Shown: positions 49,122-58,722, counted from the first letter of the stretch. The stretch is 64,000 bases of DNA from an uncultured Candidatus Saccharibacteria bacterium (GCA_964594735.1 CAZQMS010000004.1:13241-77240), one strand, 5' to 3'. Notes: generated by a model not told the origin, from the letters alone. Numbers and translations: made by a program.

Positions 49122-49550
49122 TCATGCGGGAACAAGTCCGTCCTGCGATTCGTACGATTCGACCTCGCGCTTCACTTTGCGCTTGCGCCGCGGGCGGAAG
49201 CGGAGTCGAAAGTCGAAATAGTGCATGTTGCGGATGTTGAGCTCAACAGTAATCTCGACATCTGTACCCGGCGGCTCAGTCCAACTGGTGAGCCGTAGCT
49301 CGATGAGATGCTCTTCCCATACTTCGTTGAGCCGTACTTCTGCGACTTCGAGCCTGATGAGGACGAGAAGCGCCCAGCGCGCAAGAAGATCGCCGCAGCA
49401 GTTGAGCGCCAGCACTTCCTTGAATGTCATCCAGCGCATGACTGGCATAGTGACCGAGAGATCGAGCATGGCACGGCTCAACGCAAGAATGAAGAGAAGC
49501 ACGGCCATCCCCACAGAGATTAGGACAATTCCGGCAATGATGAATCCCAT
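49122..49550 (-). CDS. Hypothetical membrane protein
   Basis: AAAGGGGGTG ribosome-binding site before MGFIIAGIVLISVGMAVLLFILAL. Confidence 0.4.
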   Translation of the reverse strand: MGFIIAGIVLISVGMAVLLFILALSRAMLDLSVTMPVMRWMTFKEVLALNCCGDLLARWALLVLIRLEVAEVRLNEVWEEHLIELRLTSWTEPPGTDVEITVELNIRNMHYFDFRLRFRPRRKRKVKREVESYESQDGLVPA

Positions 49551-49611
49551 GGAGCACCCCCTTTCTCTCGGCTTTCTATCACTCTGGGCAGGCATAGGCA
49601 AACGTCCAACA

Positions 49612-49670
49612 ATCGGCTTAAAAACCCCAAGACCTGTCCGCCTTGGGTGGGAATCAAAAGGCCGCGACCG
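49612..49670. repeat. Island repeat copy 9 (variant with an ACCTGTCCGCCTTGGG insert)
   Basis: Seen in sequence. Confidence 0.6.
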
Positions 49671-49724
49671 GTTTGACCATGCGGTAGGGCTTAGGGTAGG
49701 GTGGCCCGAGCCAAGGAGAGCGTC

Positions 49725-50174
49725 ATGGAGAGAGGCGAATTCGTCGCGCGACTCGATAGCCGCAATCCCGGCTATCCAAAGCTTGCTGAACTTTTCGAGT
49801 GCACCAGTTTCGACATTCGTCTGTTCCGGAAGGATCGGGACATAGTCGAGATCGTGAGAAATCTGGTGGACGATGGGTTTCCGCCTGTTGTCGACAGGCG
49901 ATTCCGTCTGATCATTGGTATCGAATCGCATCAGATGGTACGAGCGGACCTGTACCGGTACCATCGCTCAATGCCGCCTGTTGAGAGTGCGAACGCAGCT
50001 GAGATTATTCGTGCGTACGACCTCGACGCCGATGCGTACACTGAGAAGGGATTCGGATACCACTTCTCAATGATGCGTCAGCCAGGACTGCCGTATCGAC
50101 CCCGAGTCGGACTGCGCTATCGCCCCGACAACCTCGACAAAGAATTGTTCCTCGCATACGATACTGAAGTGTAA
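49725..50174 (+). CDS. Hypothetical protein
   Basis: AAGGAGAG ribosome-binding site. Confidence 0.4.
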   Translation: MERGEFVARLDSRNPGYPKLAELFECTSFDIRLFRKDRDIVEIVRNLVDDGFPPVVDRRFRLIIGIESHQMVRADLYRYHRSMPPVESANAAEIIRAYDLDADAYTEKGFGYHFSMMRQPGLPYRPRVGLRYRPDNLDKELFLAYDTEV

Positions 50175-50270
50175 ACGGCCGCGCGAATGCGGCCGTTTTG
50201 CTTTTATACAAAAAAAGGCTTAATCCGCCAGCTGACGGACCCCAAGAAATCAAAAGACCGCGGCAATTGA
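50166..50270. repeat. Island repeat copy 10 (terminator + full form). Nearly identical to copy 5.
   Basis: Seen in sequence. Confidence 0.85.
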
Positions 50271-50333
50271 CTGCAGCGCAACGCTCGGGGTAGGGTGTCG
50301 TGAGGAAAATTCACGATGCCGAGGGAGGCTGTC

Positions 50334-50957
50334 ATGGAAGGTTTTTTCGACTCGGTCACCGTTCGCATTCTGGCGGGTGTCGTCGTGGCAGTGCTCGGCA
50401 TCGCCTTGTACTTCTCGTTCGACATCTACCAGTTTTTCGCCCGGCGAGACTTCACTAATCTCAATGCGTACCTCGTCCACTTCACGCGCCACGACAACGG
50501 CTCGAAAGACGACGCTGTCCGACTTGAGCTCATCGGCTACAAGATTCCGCTCAGGGACATCTGCCGCAACCGCTTTCTCTTCTGGGTCATTCTGATTCAG
50601 TCGTGGAAAGCGACCGCGGAGAATCCGGTGCTCAACTTCGGCAAGTGGCGCTATATCTTGCCGCCGGTACGCGGGCGGGTGAGTGAGTGCTGGCGTTCGA
50701 TGGTGATGAAGAGGACGGCGGGGTTTCCGTACAAGGAAATGCCGTGCCAGCTCGCGCTGGTGTACGACCCGTCGGAGAGCAACTCCAACTTTGTCATCCG
50801 CATCATCCTTATCCAGGACCGCGACCTGAAGGACTTTGCGCAATACGAGGCGAAAAGGCCTATCAACTCCAACAATCTCGACTTCGTGCGGCGCATCGTG
50901 CGCGCGCACACGGAGAAGACGGGTAGCTTCATCAACGTGCGCATCACCGCTGCCTAA
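50334..50957 (+). CDS. Hypothetical protein with an N-terminal TM segment
   Basis: GAGGGAGG ribosome-binding site. Confidence 0.4.
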   Translation: MEGFFDSVTVRILAGVVVAVLGIALYFSFDIYQFFARRDFTNLNAYLVHFTRHDNGSKDDAVRLELIGYKIPLRDICRNRFLFWVILIQSWKATAENPVLNFGKWRYILPPVRGRVSECWRSMVMKRTAGFPYKEMPCQLALVYDPSESNSNFVIRIILIQDRDLKDFAQYEAKRPINSNNLDFVRRIVRAHTEKTGSFINVRITAA

Positions 50958-51066
50958 GTGGTGCACAGCATGAAGGACGGCCGCGCCTGATAATTTCGGG
51001 GCGGCCGCTTTGCTTTATGTCGAATGCGTGGCAAAGTACGGCCGGCAACAGAAATAGGGGACATGC

Positions 51067-51414
51067 ATGCCTCGAATCAATAGAAATCCGGCGCAGGCGA
51101 TTACGGAAGCGGAATGGAGCGTCATCAGAACAACGCTCAAAGACCCGCGTCTCGTAGCAGTCGTCGACAAGCTTCGCGAACGCAAGAACTTGCCGCAACT
51201 CGAGAGCGACATCACTGTCCGCGAGACGCCGAATTGCGTCGCCGAGAAAATCAACGACATCCTGCGCGTGAACGACGTCCGGTTCCGTCTCGTCCGTATC
51301 GGTACGGTGAGGTGGCCGCAGACGCGAGGGAACAGGAGGTTGGCACTCGCGCGCTGGCCTGCGACGACACAATTCAAGCTCCGGCTTGAGCCGCGCTACG
51401 AGCATGCCTCGTAG
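51067..51414 (+). CDS. Hypothetical protein
   Basis: AGGGGA ribosome-binding site. Confidence 0.4.
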   Translation: MPRINRNPAQAITEAEWSVIRTTLKDPRLVAVVDKLRERKNLPQLESDITVRETPNCVAEKINDILRVNDVRFRLVRIGTVRWPQTRGNRRLALARWPATTQFKLRLEPRYEHAS

Positions 51415-51436
51415 CGCGAGCTTTTTATTGTGTCTT

Positions 51437-51520
51437 CAAAAACGGTTTAAAATGTATCCCGTGAGATGCTCTGCTATCTAATGGGGCCCCCAAGAATTCT
51501 TGGCGACGGGTTTGGGGATG
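51437..51520. repeat. Island repeat copy 11. The palindrome slot is occupied by a family-B-like inverted repeat (TATCCCGTGAGATG...TATCTAATGGGG).
   Basis: Chimera of the two repeat families. Confidence 0.6.
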
Positions 51521-51522
51521 TA

Positions 51523-51550
51523 TTGACAATGTATATACAATGTATATACT
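51523..51550 (+). promoter_or_regulatory. Putative dinJ-yafQ promoter/operator: TTGACA followed by two tandem AATGTATATAC units (each containing the palindrome TGTATATACA), then TATACT
   Basis: -35 TTGACA, 16-nt spacer and -10 TATACT. Palindromic operator typical of autoregulated toxin-antitoxin operons. Confidence 0.55.
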
Positions 51551-51557
51551 TGTCTAC

Positions 51558-51812
51558 ATGACTCAAATCAACGTCAGGATAGAAGCGAAAACTAAACGAG
51601 AGGCGAGTAAGGCACTTGCAGACATTGGCCTCGACCTCTCTACAGGAGTGAAACTTTTCTTGCACCAGGTCGTTACGGAAAAAGGATTACCGTTCACTCC
51701 CACCAAAAATCCTGCCGCACTTCGAGCGAAGTGGGACAGGGAAATCGCTGAGTCCAGAAAGCGTGGCAAGTTCTACACGTCCGCACAAGAGATGCTCGAG
51801 GACGTTCTATAA
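51558..51812 (+). CDS. dinJ: RelB/DinJ family antitoxin
   Basis: MTQINVRIEAKTKREASKALADIGLDLSTGVKLFLHQVV. Confidence 0.8.
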   Translation: MTQINVRIEAKTKREASKALADIGLDLSTGVKLFLHQVVTEKGLPFTPTKNPAALRAKWDREIAESRKRGKFYTSAQEMLEDVL

Positions 51813-51819
51813 TTCTTGA

Positions 51820-52107
51820 ATGTATAGGATAAACACAACGAGCAGATTTAAGCGCTCGTTGCGAAAGCTTCGTCGCTCGGGAATGTTCAAGTCGAGCGTG
51901 GAGGCGGATCTTGTCGCCGTAATAAACACGCTGGCGGCCGGTAAAGAACTCCCACGCACATTCCGAGACCATGCACTTGAAGGTAGGCTCAGCGGACTGC
52001 GTGAATGTCATATCAAAGGGGATCTGCTCCTCGTCTACCAAAAAGATGCGGGCGCGATGCTGCTAGACCTGGTGGATATTGGTAGCCACTCTGAGATATT
52101 CGGTTGA
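51820..52107 (+). CDS. yafQ: YafQ family toxin (RelE/ParE superfamily mRNA interferase)
   Basis: FKRSLRKL...DHALEG...CHIKGDLLLVY; ends ...GSHSEIFG. Confidence 0.8.
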   Translation: MYRINTTSRFKRSLRKLRRSGMFKSSVEADLVAVINTLAAGKELPRTFRDHALEGRLSGLRECHIKGDLLLVYQKDAGAMLLDLVDIGSHSEIFG

Positions 52108-52112
52108 TACAG

Positions 52113-52215
52113 ACGGAAAACGACTTAATCCGCTCGCTGGCGGACTCAAGATCTGTCAGCCTTGGGCGGGAATCAAAAGACCGCGGCGCGCCTGAGCGCC
52201 GCGGTCCCGTTGCTT
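52113..52215. repeat. Island repeat copy 12 (extended full form + terminator hairpin GACCGCGGCGCGCCTGAGCGCCGCGGTC, the same hairpin as copy 3)
   Basis: Seen in sequence. Confidence 0.8.
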
Positions 52216-52219
52216 TGGA

Positions 52220-52798
52220 TCAATGCGTGGTGCTGGTATCCAGACCGAAGTTCCGAAAGTGGTCGATCGGATACTTTCCGGTCGACCACAGGGCGCCTTC
52301 GAGGTAGCCGAGCACTCCGAGAGCGACATCGAAACCGATTGTGTTTTCTTTCGCAATCAGGAGTCGAAGTGCTTCCACTTTAGCCTGCGCAAATTTGACG
52401 TCTCGCTCGGAGGGATGGAACTGCGGGCGCTCTGCGCCATCACCGTAGATCGGATGCTTCTTGCCATTGATGAGCCAGTCGTACTCGCGGATACCGCCGT
52501 AGGTCCCAAGCAGGCGGAACGCATCTGCCGGACGACTTTTGGATTCGCGCACGAGCCACGCCGCATGCGAAAGCCGCTTCGCGTGCGTGGCTTCACCATG
52601 CCGCGACTCGTAGCGGACGGGGCTGAATCTTGCGTGCGCGAGCATCATCTCGTGGTCTTCGATGTACGGACCGAGCGCCTTGCCGACGACGAGCGTCGCA
52701 AGGCTGTACGCTTGTGCGATCAGGATCACGTGTTCCGGCTGTGCCAGGAGTTCTTCACTCCGCTGACGGACGAGTTTGGAGAGTGTGGAAGGCAGCAT
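52220..52798 (-). CDS. Hypothetical protein
   Basis: ORF 52220..52837 trimmed to MLPSTLSK. The start is uncertain. Confidence 0.4.
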   Translation of the reverse strand: MLPSTLSKLVRQRSEELLAQPEHVILIAQAYSLATLVVGKALGPYIEDHEMMLAHARFSPVRYESRHGEATHAKRLSHAAWLVRESKSRPADAFRLLGTYGGIREYDWLINGKKHPIYGDGAERPQFHPSERDVKFAQAKVEALRLLIAKENTIGFDVALGVLGYLEGALWSTGKYPIDHFRNFGLDTSTTH

Positions 52799-52841
52799 GA
52801 CGACCCCACAATTGTTGACTGATTCGCACACTAGCATAGGT

Positions 52842-52886
52842 GGCCTTTAAACCTCAAGAATTCGTGGGTAGTGGTATTCTAGTTAC
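52842..52886. repeat. Island repeat copy 13 (short form + AGTGGTATTCTAGTTAC UTR module)
   Basis: Seen in sequence. Confidence 0.65.
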
Positions 52887-53207
52887 ATGACGTTCGAAGG
52901 TCCTCGGACCCCTCGCGACGTGCCAGGAGAGCGCGAAGAATCTCGCGAGGATGAATACATTTCCACTGCGGCGCTGGAGTATCGAGGACAGGTGTTCCGA
53001 GGCGGCAATCACGGCGACGCCCTGACTGCTCTAGAAGAAGCGGTGGGCGAGGACTACATGACGCGAGATGTCCGGGACGGATTCGTGACCTCAAAGGACA
53101 GGTTCGTCGATAGGATCGAGGCGGATGAGATTGCGGAGCGCAACGACCAGATCATCGGGCGGTCTCGAGGATTCTTGGACAGTAATTGGCTCAAGAAAAA
53201 GGAGTAG
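52887..53207 (+). CDS. Hypothetical acidic protein
   Basis: ATG directly after the UTR module. Confidence 0.35.
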   Translation: MTFEGPRTPRDVPGEREESREDEYISTAALEYRGQVFRGGNHGDALTALEEAVGEDYMTRDVRDGFVTSKDRFVDRIEADEIAERNDQIIGRSRGFLDSNWLKKKE

Positions 53208-53407
53208 AGCGCATTTCTCTCTTGGCAGCGAGCCTCGATATGTTACTCTCAGAGTACACAATATGAGCGACAGAATATCTTTCAGTGTTGAGTGTGTGGT
53301 GCCATTCCCGCCGGCGTATTCGATGTACGAGCCGTGCGGCGGTCACTAATCCCTACTTTACGACCACAAAGCCCCGCACGCCGCGGGGCTTTTTAATTCA
53401 CTCACCT

Positions 53408-54397
53408 ATGAAGATCATCACAGCAAAAGACATCAGAGACTTCGGATTCACAGACCTCTTCGAAAGCGCGGTGCGCTCGCTGGAGGCAGACATCATGCGC
53501 TGGCAGACGTTCCGCAAGAGCGTCCGCCACGCGACACACTTTACCCACGGCGTCTTCGAGCTCATGCCGTGCGCCGACGACAGCTACTACACGTACAAGT
53601 ACGTCAATGCACACCCGGCAAACCCGAGCCTCGGCAAGCTCTCGATAGTCGCGCTCGGCATGCTCGCGGATATCGAGACGGGCTACCCGCAGATGGTGTG
53701 CGACATGACACTCCTCACCGCGGTGCGCACTGCCGCCATGTCGGCCATCGCGGCCAAGCACCTCGCGCGCAAAGACTCGCGTGTGCTCGGGCTCATCGGG
53801 ACGGGCGCGCAATCGGAATTCCAGACGCTCGCGGTGCGCAGTCACTTCGCGATAGAAGAGATCCGCTACTTCGACCGCGATGCGCGAGCGATGGAGAAGT
53901 ACGCACGCAATCTTGGGGGAAGCGGCGTGCGGCTCGTCGCCTGCGAGAGTGCGGAGGAGGTGGTGCATGGGGCGGACATCTTCACCACATGCATCTGCGA
54001 GAAGGCCAAGGTAGAGCTCTTTCCCTTCGACGCGATCAAAGACGCGCGCGGTCTCTACATCAATGCGATCGGCGGCGATTGCCCGGGCAAGACGGAGCTC
54101 GATCCAGAGATACTGCGCCATGCGCGCATCGTGGTGGAGTACTACGAGCAGACGAAAGACGAGGGGGAGATACAGAATCTCGCGGGTGAGAGCATCGCCC
54201 ACGACGAGCTCTGGGAGATCGTGCAGGGCAAAAAGCACGGGAGGACCGGCGACGAGCTCATCGTCTTCGACTCGGTGGGCTTCGGGCTCGCCGACTATTC
54301 GGTGATGCGGATGCTCTTTGAGCGGGGTGTGGGGCAGGACGTGTCGCTCCTCCCTGAGCCGCAAGACGCGAAAGACCTCTTCGCCCTCGTGCGCTGA
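53408..54397 (+). CDS. Ornithine cyclodeaminase / mu-crystallin family protein
   Basis: Rossmann motif LIGTGAQSEFQ and overall family architecture. A terminator hairpin lies immediately upstream. Confidence 0.7.
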   Translation: MKIITAKDIRDFGFTDLFESAVRSLEADIMRWQTFRKSVRHATHFTHGVFELMPCADDSYYTYKYVNAHPANPSLGKLSIVALGMLADIETGYPQMVCDMTLLTAVRTAAMSAIAAKHLARKDSRVLGLIGTGAQSEFQTLAVRSHFAIEEIRYFDRDARAMEKYARNLGGSGVRLVACESAEEVVHGADIFTTCICEKAKVELFPFDAIKDARGLYINAIGGDCPGKTELDPEILRHARIVVEYYEQTKDEGEIQNLAGESIAHDELWEIVQGKKHGRTGDELIVFDSVGFGLADYSVMRMLFERGVGQDVSLLPEPQDAKDLFALVR

Positions 54398-54470
54398 AAA
54401 AAGGCTTAAAAACCCCAAGAAATCAAAAGGCCGCGGCGCGCACTCGACGCCGCGGTCTTTCTATTTGTGC
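54398..54470. repeat. Island repeat copy 14 (short form + terminator hairpin)
   Basis: Seen in sequence. Confidence 0.8.
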
Positions 54471-54489
54471 CCAGATGCTGTAGGTTCTT

Positions 54490-55941
54490 GTGATGTCCGG
54501 AGGAAAAACAGTCATCCGCTTCGAGGATGTTTCGTTCGAACACGGTCCGAAGCGCCCCATTCTCAGCGAGGTGAGCTTCGGCGTGAAAGAAAAAGCGAAG
54601 CTCACGCTCATGGGGCAAAATGGCGCGGGGAAGAGCACCATATTTGGACTCATCACGCGCGAGCTCGAGCCAGAGAGCGGCGTCATCCACAGAGCGCATG
54701 GCCTCTCGATTGCCACGGCGCGGCAGGTCATCCCGCGCGCGGAGCTCGCGCTCACCGTGCGCGAATTTTTCGAGAAGATGTTCCCCAAGAAGGTGTACGA
54801 TATCGACCCTCGCATTGATGCGGTGCTCGAAGTGGTGAATCTCCACGCGCCCAAGGAGCGCCTCGTGGGCTCGTTCTCGGGGGGTCAGCAGGCGCGGCTA
54901 CTCCTCGCCTCCGCGCTCATCCAAGAGCCCGACCTCCTGCTTCTCGACGAGCCGACGAATAATCTCGACAAGAGCGGCATCGCGCACCTCACCGCATTTC
55001 TTCAGGCCTACGATAAGACAGTGATTGTGATTTCGCACGATGCGGATTTCCTCAACGCGTTCACGCACGGGGTCCTCTACCTCGACGTACACACGCGCAA
55101 AGTCGAGCAGTACGTGGGCAATTACTTCGATGTGATGGATCAGATAGCCGACCGCATCGAGAAGGAGAACATGAAGAACGCGCAGCTCGCGAAGACGATT
55201 ATCGAAAACAAAGAGAAAGCCAACTTTTTCGCGCATAAGGGCGGTCAGATGCGCCTCGTGGCGAAGCGTATGCGCGCCAAGGCAGAAGAGGCAGAAGAAA
55301 ATATGGTGGATGTGAGAAAAGAGGACAAGACCATCCGGGATTTTACGATTCCCGCGCAAGAAGGTCTCTCGGGCGATGTGATTTCCATCTCGTCTTTCAA
55401 AGTGATTCGCAACCACAAGCCGCACCTGAAAAAGAAATCGGTCGTACTGCGCAAGAATCAGCACCTCCTGCTCTCCGGTCCCAACGGCATTGGCAAATCC
55501 ACGCTGCTCGAGTCGCTCGCGAGTGGTACTGCGGAGGGTGCGACAATCGCGCCTGGTGTAAAGGTAGGGTATTACCGCCAAGATTTTTCAAACCTCGACT
55601 TCGACGCGACCGTGCACGACATTCTCTGGAACACCATGCCCAAAGGGTACGAAGAGACGCTGCGGGCGACGGCGGCGAGCTTCCTCCTCACGGGCGACCT
55701 CGTGCACACAAAAATCGGGCACCTCTCAGAAGGGCAGAAGGGGCTCGTCGCTTTTGCGCGGCTCACACTCTTGCGACCGGGGCTCCTCATCCTCGATGAA
55801 CCCACCAACCACATCAACTTCCGCCACATCCCGGTCATTGCCAAGGCGCTCGACGCGTACGAGGGCGCGATGATACTCGTCTCCCACGTCCCAGAATTCG
55901 TCGCGCAGATACGCATCGACGAGACGCTTGAGCTCAGCTAG
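54490..55941 (+). CDS. ABC-F family ATPase (two ABC domains, no TM)
   Basis: Two Walker A motifs (GQNGAGKST, GPNGIGKST), two ABC signatures and two Walker B motifs. Confidence 0.8.
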   Translation: MMSGGKTVIRFEDVSFEHGPKRPILSEVSFGVKEKAKLTLMGQNGAGKSTIFGLITRELEPESGVIHRAHGLSIATARQVIPRAELALTVREFFEKMFPKKVYDIDPRIDAVLEVVNLHAPKERLVGSFSGGQQARLLLASALIQEPDLLLLDEPTNNLDKSGIAHLTAFLQAYDKTVIVISHDADFLNAFTHGVLYLDVHTRKVEQYVGNYFDVMDQIADRIEKENMKNAQLAKTIIENKEKANFFAHKGGQMRLVAKRMRAKAEEAEENMVDVRKEDKTIRDFTIPAQEGLSGDVISISSFKVIRNHKPHLKKKSVVLRKNQHLLLSGPNGIGKSTLLESLASGTAEGATIAPGVKVGYYRQDFSNLDFDATVHDILWNTMPKGYEETLRATAASFLLTGDLVHTKIGHLSEGQKGLVAFARLTLLRPGLLILDEPTNHINFRHIPVIAKALDAYEGAMILVSHVPEFVAQIRIDETLELS

Positions 55942-56020
55942 TTGGCACGCACTGCCGTAAGGGAGTGTCGGGGCACGATATTGCCTTTTGTGGGGCTTTG
56001 GTGCATACTCTGCGAGTTCT

Positions 56021-56383
56021 ATGACAGCGGAAACGACGGCAAAAAAGAGCCGCGCCAAGGCCAAAAAGGCCGATGGCGCCTCACGACTGCGCATCAAGGT
56101 GCGTGCCTATGAGCACGGCGTCCTCGACGGCGCGGTCAAGCAGATTATCGACGTCGCCGCGAGGCACAACGCCGAAGTCGTCGGCCCCGTCCCGCTCCCC
56201 ATCGACATCAAGAAATACACCGTCAATCGCTCGTCCTTTATCGACAAGGATTCCCGCGAGCAGTTTGAGATGCGCATCCACAAGCGCATGATAGACATCC
56301 TCAATCCCGCAGCGAAAGTCATCGAAGCCCTCACCAACATCGACCTCCCCTCGGGTGTCTCGATAGACGTCAAAATGATGTAA
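56021..56383 (+). CDS. rpsJ: 30S ribosomal protein S10
   Basis: RLRIKVRAYEHGVLD... Confidence 0.9.
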   Translation: MTAETTAKKSRAKAKKADGASRLRIKVRAYEHGVLDGAVKQIIDVAARHNAEVVGPVPLPIDIKKYTVNRSSFIDKDSREQFEMRIHKRMIDILNPAAKVIEALTNIDLPSGVSIDVKMM

Positions 56384-56448
56384 GTCGGTGTCCACTGCGA
56401 CTTCGACGCGCGCACTTTGGTGCGCGCGTTTCGTACTATAATGCGTGC

Positions 56449-56880
56449 ATGCCCCCGGAGAGTGAAATCCACTCGCATAAGCTCCTCTGGATTCTTGGTG
56501 CGCTCCTCCTTATTGCTGCGGCCGCCTATGGCGTGCAGCGCTATGTTTCAATGTCGGGCTCGTATGCGCCGGGAGATCTGAATTCATTCACCCGAGAGAA
56601 TGAAGTGTGGATTCCGAATCCCGGCCTCGAGGACACCGTGCAAGCGCAGCGTGGTTTCGACTACCTTGTGTCGTACACGGGTGAGCGCTTCGAACCCTCT
56701 TTGATTACCATTCAGCGAGGGGAGCGCGTGCGACTGACCAACAACTCCGCGAGCCCCCTCACACTCGAGGGCGAAGGCATCACTATCGAACCGCTCCGAT
56801 ACGCCGAGACCCCTTTCACGAAGCCTGGTGAATTCCGCTTTATAGGCAACGGCGCGCCACTCACGATTATCGTTGAATAA
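56449..56880 (+). CDS. Membrane-anchored cupredoxin-like protein. Paralog of 34627..35112.
   Basis: ERFEPSLITIQRGERVRLTNNSASPLTLEG. Confidence 0.5.
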   Translation: MPPESEIHSHKLLWILGALLLIAAAAYGVQRYVSMSGSYAPGDLNSFTRENEVWIPNPGLEDTVQAQRGFDYLVSYTGERFEPSLITIQRGERVRLTNNSASPLTLEGEGITIEPLRYAETPFTKPGEFRFIGNGAPLTIIVE

Positions 56881-56883
56881 CCT

Positions 56884-58092
56884 ATGCGCTCACTACTCCC
56901 ACGTGTTCGTGTACTCTTGCTTTCATTCGCGCTCCTTGCCGCAGCGTATTGTGCGGTCGTGATGCTCATGCCGCATGGCGTCTTTGCGCAGGATTGCGAG
57001 GGTTGCGGATCGAACTTTGACTCCGAAAGCGGCAGTACTCCAACGGGCTCGGGAGATTCCAACTATTGGGGAGCTTCTGCCCCGCCAGGCCCTGGCTATA
57101 CGTGGTCGTATGCGTCTGGCGTCACGCTCTGCGAAGGCTGTGGCCCGGTAGGGTCGTGGGTGGCCACGGGCGGAGATGGAGGTTCTTCAGACTATCAGCC
57201 ATCCGTCGTGCTCTCCTCAGGCGTCGACCCGACGTGCGCGATTACAGTCGACAGAAGTCCTATCCCGCAAGGCGGCGCGACCACTCTTCGCTGGACATCG
57301 GAGAAGGCGACACTCTTCTATATACATGGAATCGGCTACGTGGGTTCATCTGGCTCGGCACGAGTGTCGCCCTCGCAGACGACGCAATACGCGGGCTATG
57401 TCACCTCTGGTGCGCAGTTGGGCGCGGAAGGCGAAACGCTGGGCTACTGTTCCGCCACGCTCGTCGTCGGTGGAGGTGGTGGCGGTGGGGGCGGCGCATG
57501 CACAGCATCCTCGATGAGCTGCCGCGCAGATGGCAATCTCGCCAACAACTGTGGAGAAGTCACGGTGTGCCCATTCGGCTGCTCGACTCTCACGAATCAA
57601 TGTAACGCATCGTGCACACTGCAGAGAGCCTGCGATGTCACGGGGACGTACGTGATCAACGCCTGCAATAGCCAGGTCATCGAGAACTGCACGGCGCGAG
57701 GTGCGGGATGGCGCTGCGTCGCTGGTGCTTGCCAGGTCGCGCCGGTGAGTTTTGCGTCATTCACCGGGCAGAGAAACGGGCAGGCCTTTGCGGCCGACGG
57801 TCACCTGCGCGCGGCACCCACGCTGCTAGCTCCTGGTAATACATCGCGCCTCTACTGGAATGCCACGAATGCAGCGTCGTGCACGGTGCGCGGGAGCAAT
57901 GGCGATGGTGCTCCGGGAAGTGCGACGGGAGCGTGGAACATGGACTTCTCCGGTGCAGGAGGGGTGGCGACAAGCCCCATCACTGCCAAAACCACGTACA
58001 CGCTCACGTGCCAGGCGTACCCAGGCGCGACTCCTGCGACGGTGCAAGAGTCCGTAGAGGTCAACATCGTACCGGTCTTCCGAGAGACGTAG
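56884..58092 (+). CDS. Secreted Cys- and Gly-rich protein with the shared C-terminal domain (ends IVPVFRET)
   Basis: Signal peptide. Poly-Gly stretch. C-terminus similar to 36634 and 37845. Confidence 0.55.
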   Translation: MRSLLPRVRVLLLSFALLAAAYCAVVMLMPHGVFAQDCEGCGSNFDSESGSTPTGSGDSNYWGASAPPGPGYTWSYASGVTLCEGCGPVGSWVATGGDGGSSDYQPSVVLSSGVDPTCAITVDRSPIPQGGATTLRWTSEKATLFYIHGIGYVGSSGSARVSPSQTTQYAGYVTSGAQLGAEGETLGYCSATLVVGGGGGGGGGACTASSMSCRADGNLANNCGEVTVCPFGCSTLTNQCNASCTLQRACDVTGTYVINACNSQVIENCTARGAGWRCVAGACQVAPVSFASFTGQRNGQAFAADGHLRAAPTLLAPGNTSRLYWNATNAASCTVRGSNGDGAPGSATGAWNMDFSGAGGVATSPITAKTTYTLTCQAYPGATPATVQESVEVNIVPVFRET

Positions 58093-58366
58093 CGAATCAG
58101 CGCGGATAGCATGCACAAAGCCCGCGAAAGCGGGCTATCAATATCGGAAGCTTGATGAGGTGGAAAAAGTAATGGCCAGCGTCAAGGTCCGTAGGGAAAC
58201 GACGCTGGCCATTGTTATTGCGGCACGGTGGTGACGTGCCTGCGACTGGCGGATGCAGAATCCGCGCTCGCCACTTCAAATGTACTTTCCCTCATATGAA
58301 AGTCAAATGAGGGGGAACCGACGGGCGAGGTAATCGCCCGTCGGCTTGGCGTGCTTTACAGCAGGC

Positions 58367-58549
58367 CTAGTGTTGCGTTCTCCAGATGGCCTTTTGGAAG
58401 AACGCGGGCGTTTTGTCCCACACGTCGCCGTCCTCCGAAGAGTCCGGCGCGCTAGCGACAGGCGCCACACAGCTGCGCTGCTGCTGAGCGAGTGCCGATG
58501 TCGCAACCGCGATACCGACAATCAATAGCAACGCCACTCTTTCTCGCAT
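58367..58549 (-). CDS. Small secreted protein (60 aa)
   Basis: GGAGGT ribosome-binding site 4 nt upstream. Signal peptide LLLIVGIAVATSALA. Confidence 0.45.
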   Translation of the reverse strand: MRERVALLLIVGIAVATSALAQQQRSCVAPVASAPDSSEDGDVWDKTPAFFQKAIWRTQH

Positions 58550-58722
58550 TGGACCTCCTTATGCGAGCGGGTGCGGGTCCACCACAGACCCACTACGATC
58601 CCGACCTTTTCAGGCATTCAGACCGTACCGCCTCAGCGTTCCGCAGTCAACGCATGCGCGACAATCAACAGTGCAAAGTATTCTGTCCGATACAGAAGTG
58701 TGTGCGGTGATAGAATGCAGAC

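Noticed and set aside
43821-54470. Possibility that the island repeats are a CRISPR array
   Set aside because: The intervening units are whole genes of 0.3-1.5 kb rather than 25-50 nt spacers. The repeats are modular and non-identical. No cas genes are present.
43821-54470. Calling the island a classical integron
   Set aside because: No intI integrase or attI is in the window. The repeats lack the canonical attC R''/L''/L'/R' core layout (GTTRRRY), and the cassettes are in mixed orientation. I describe it as cassette-like only.
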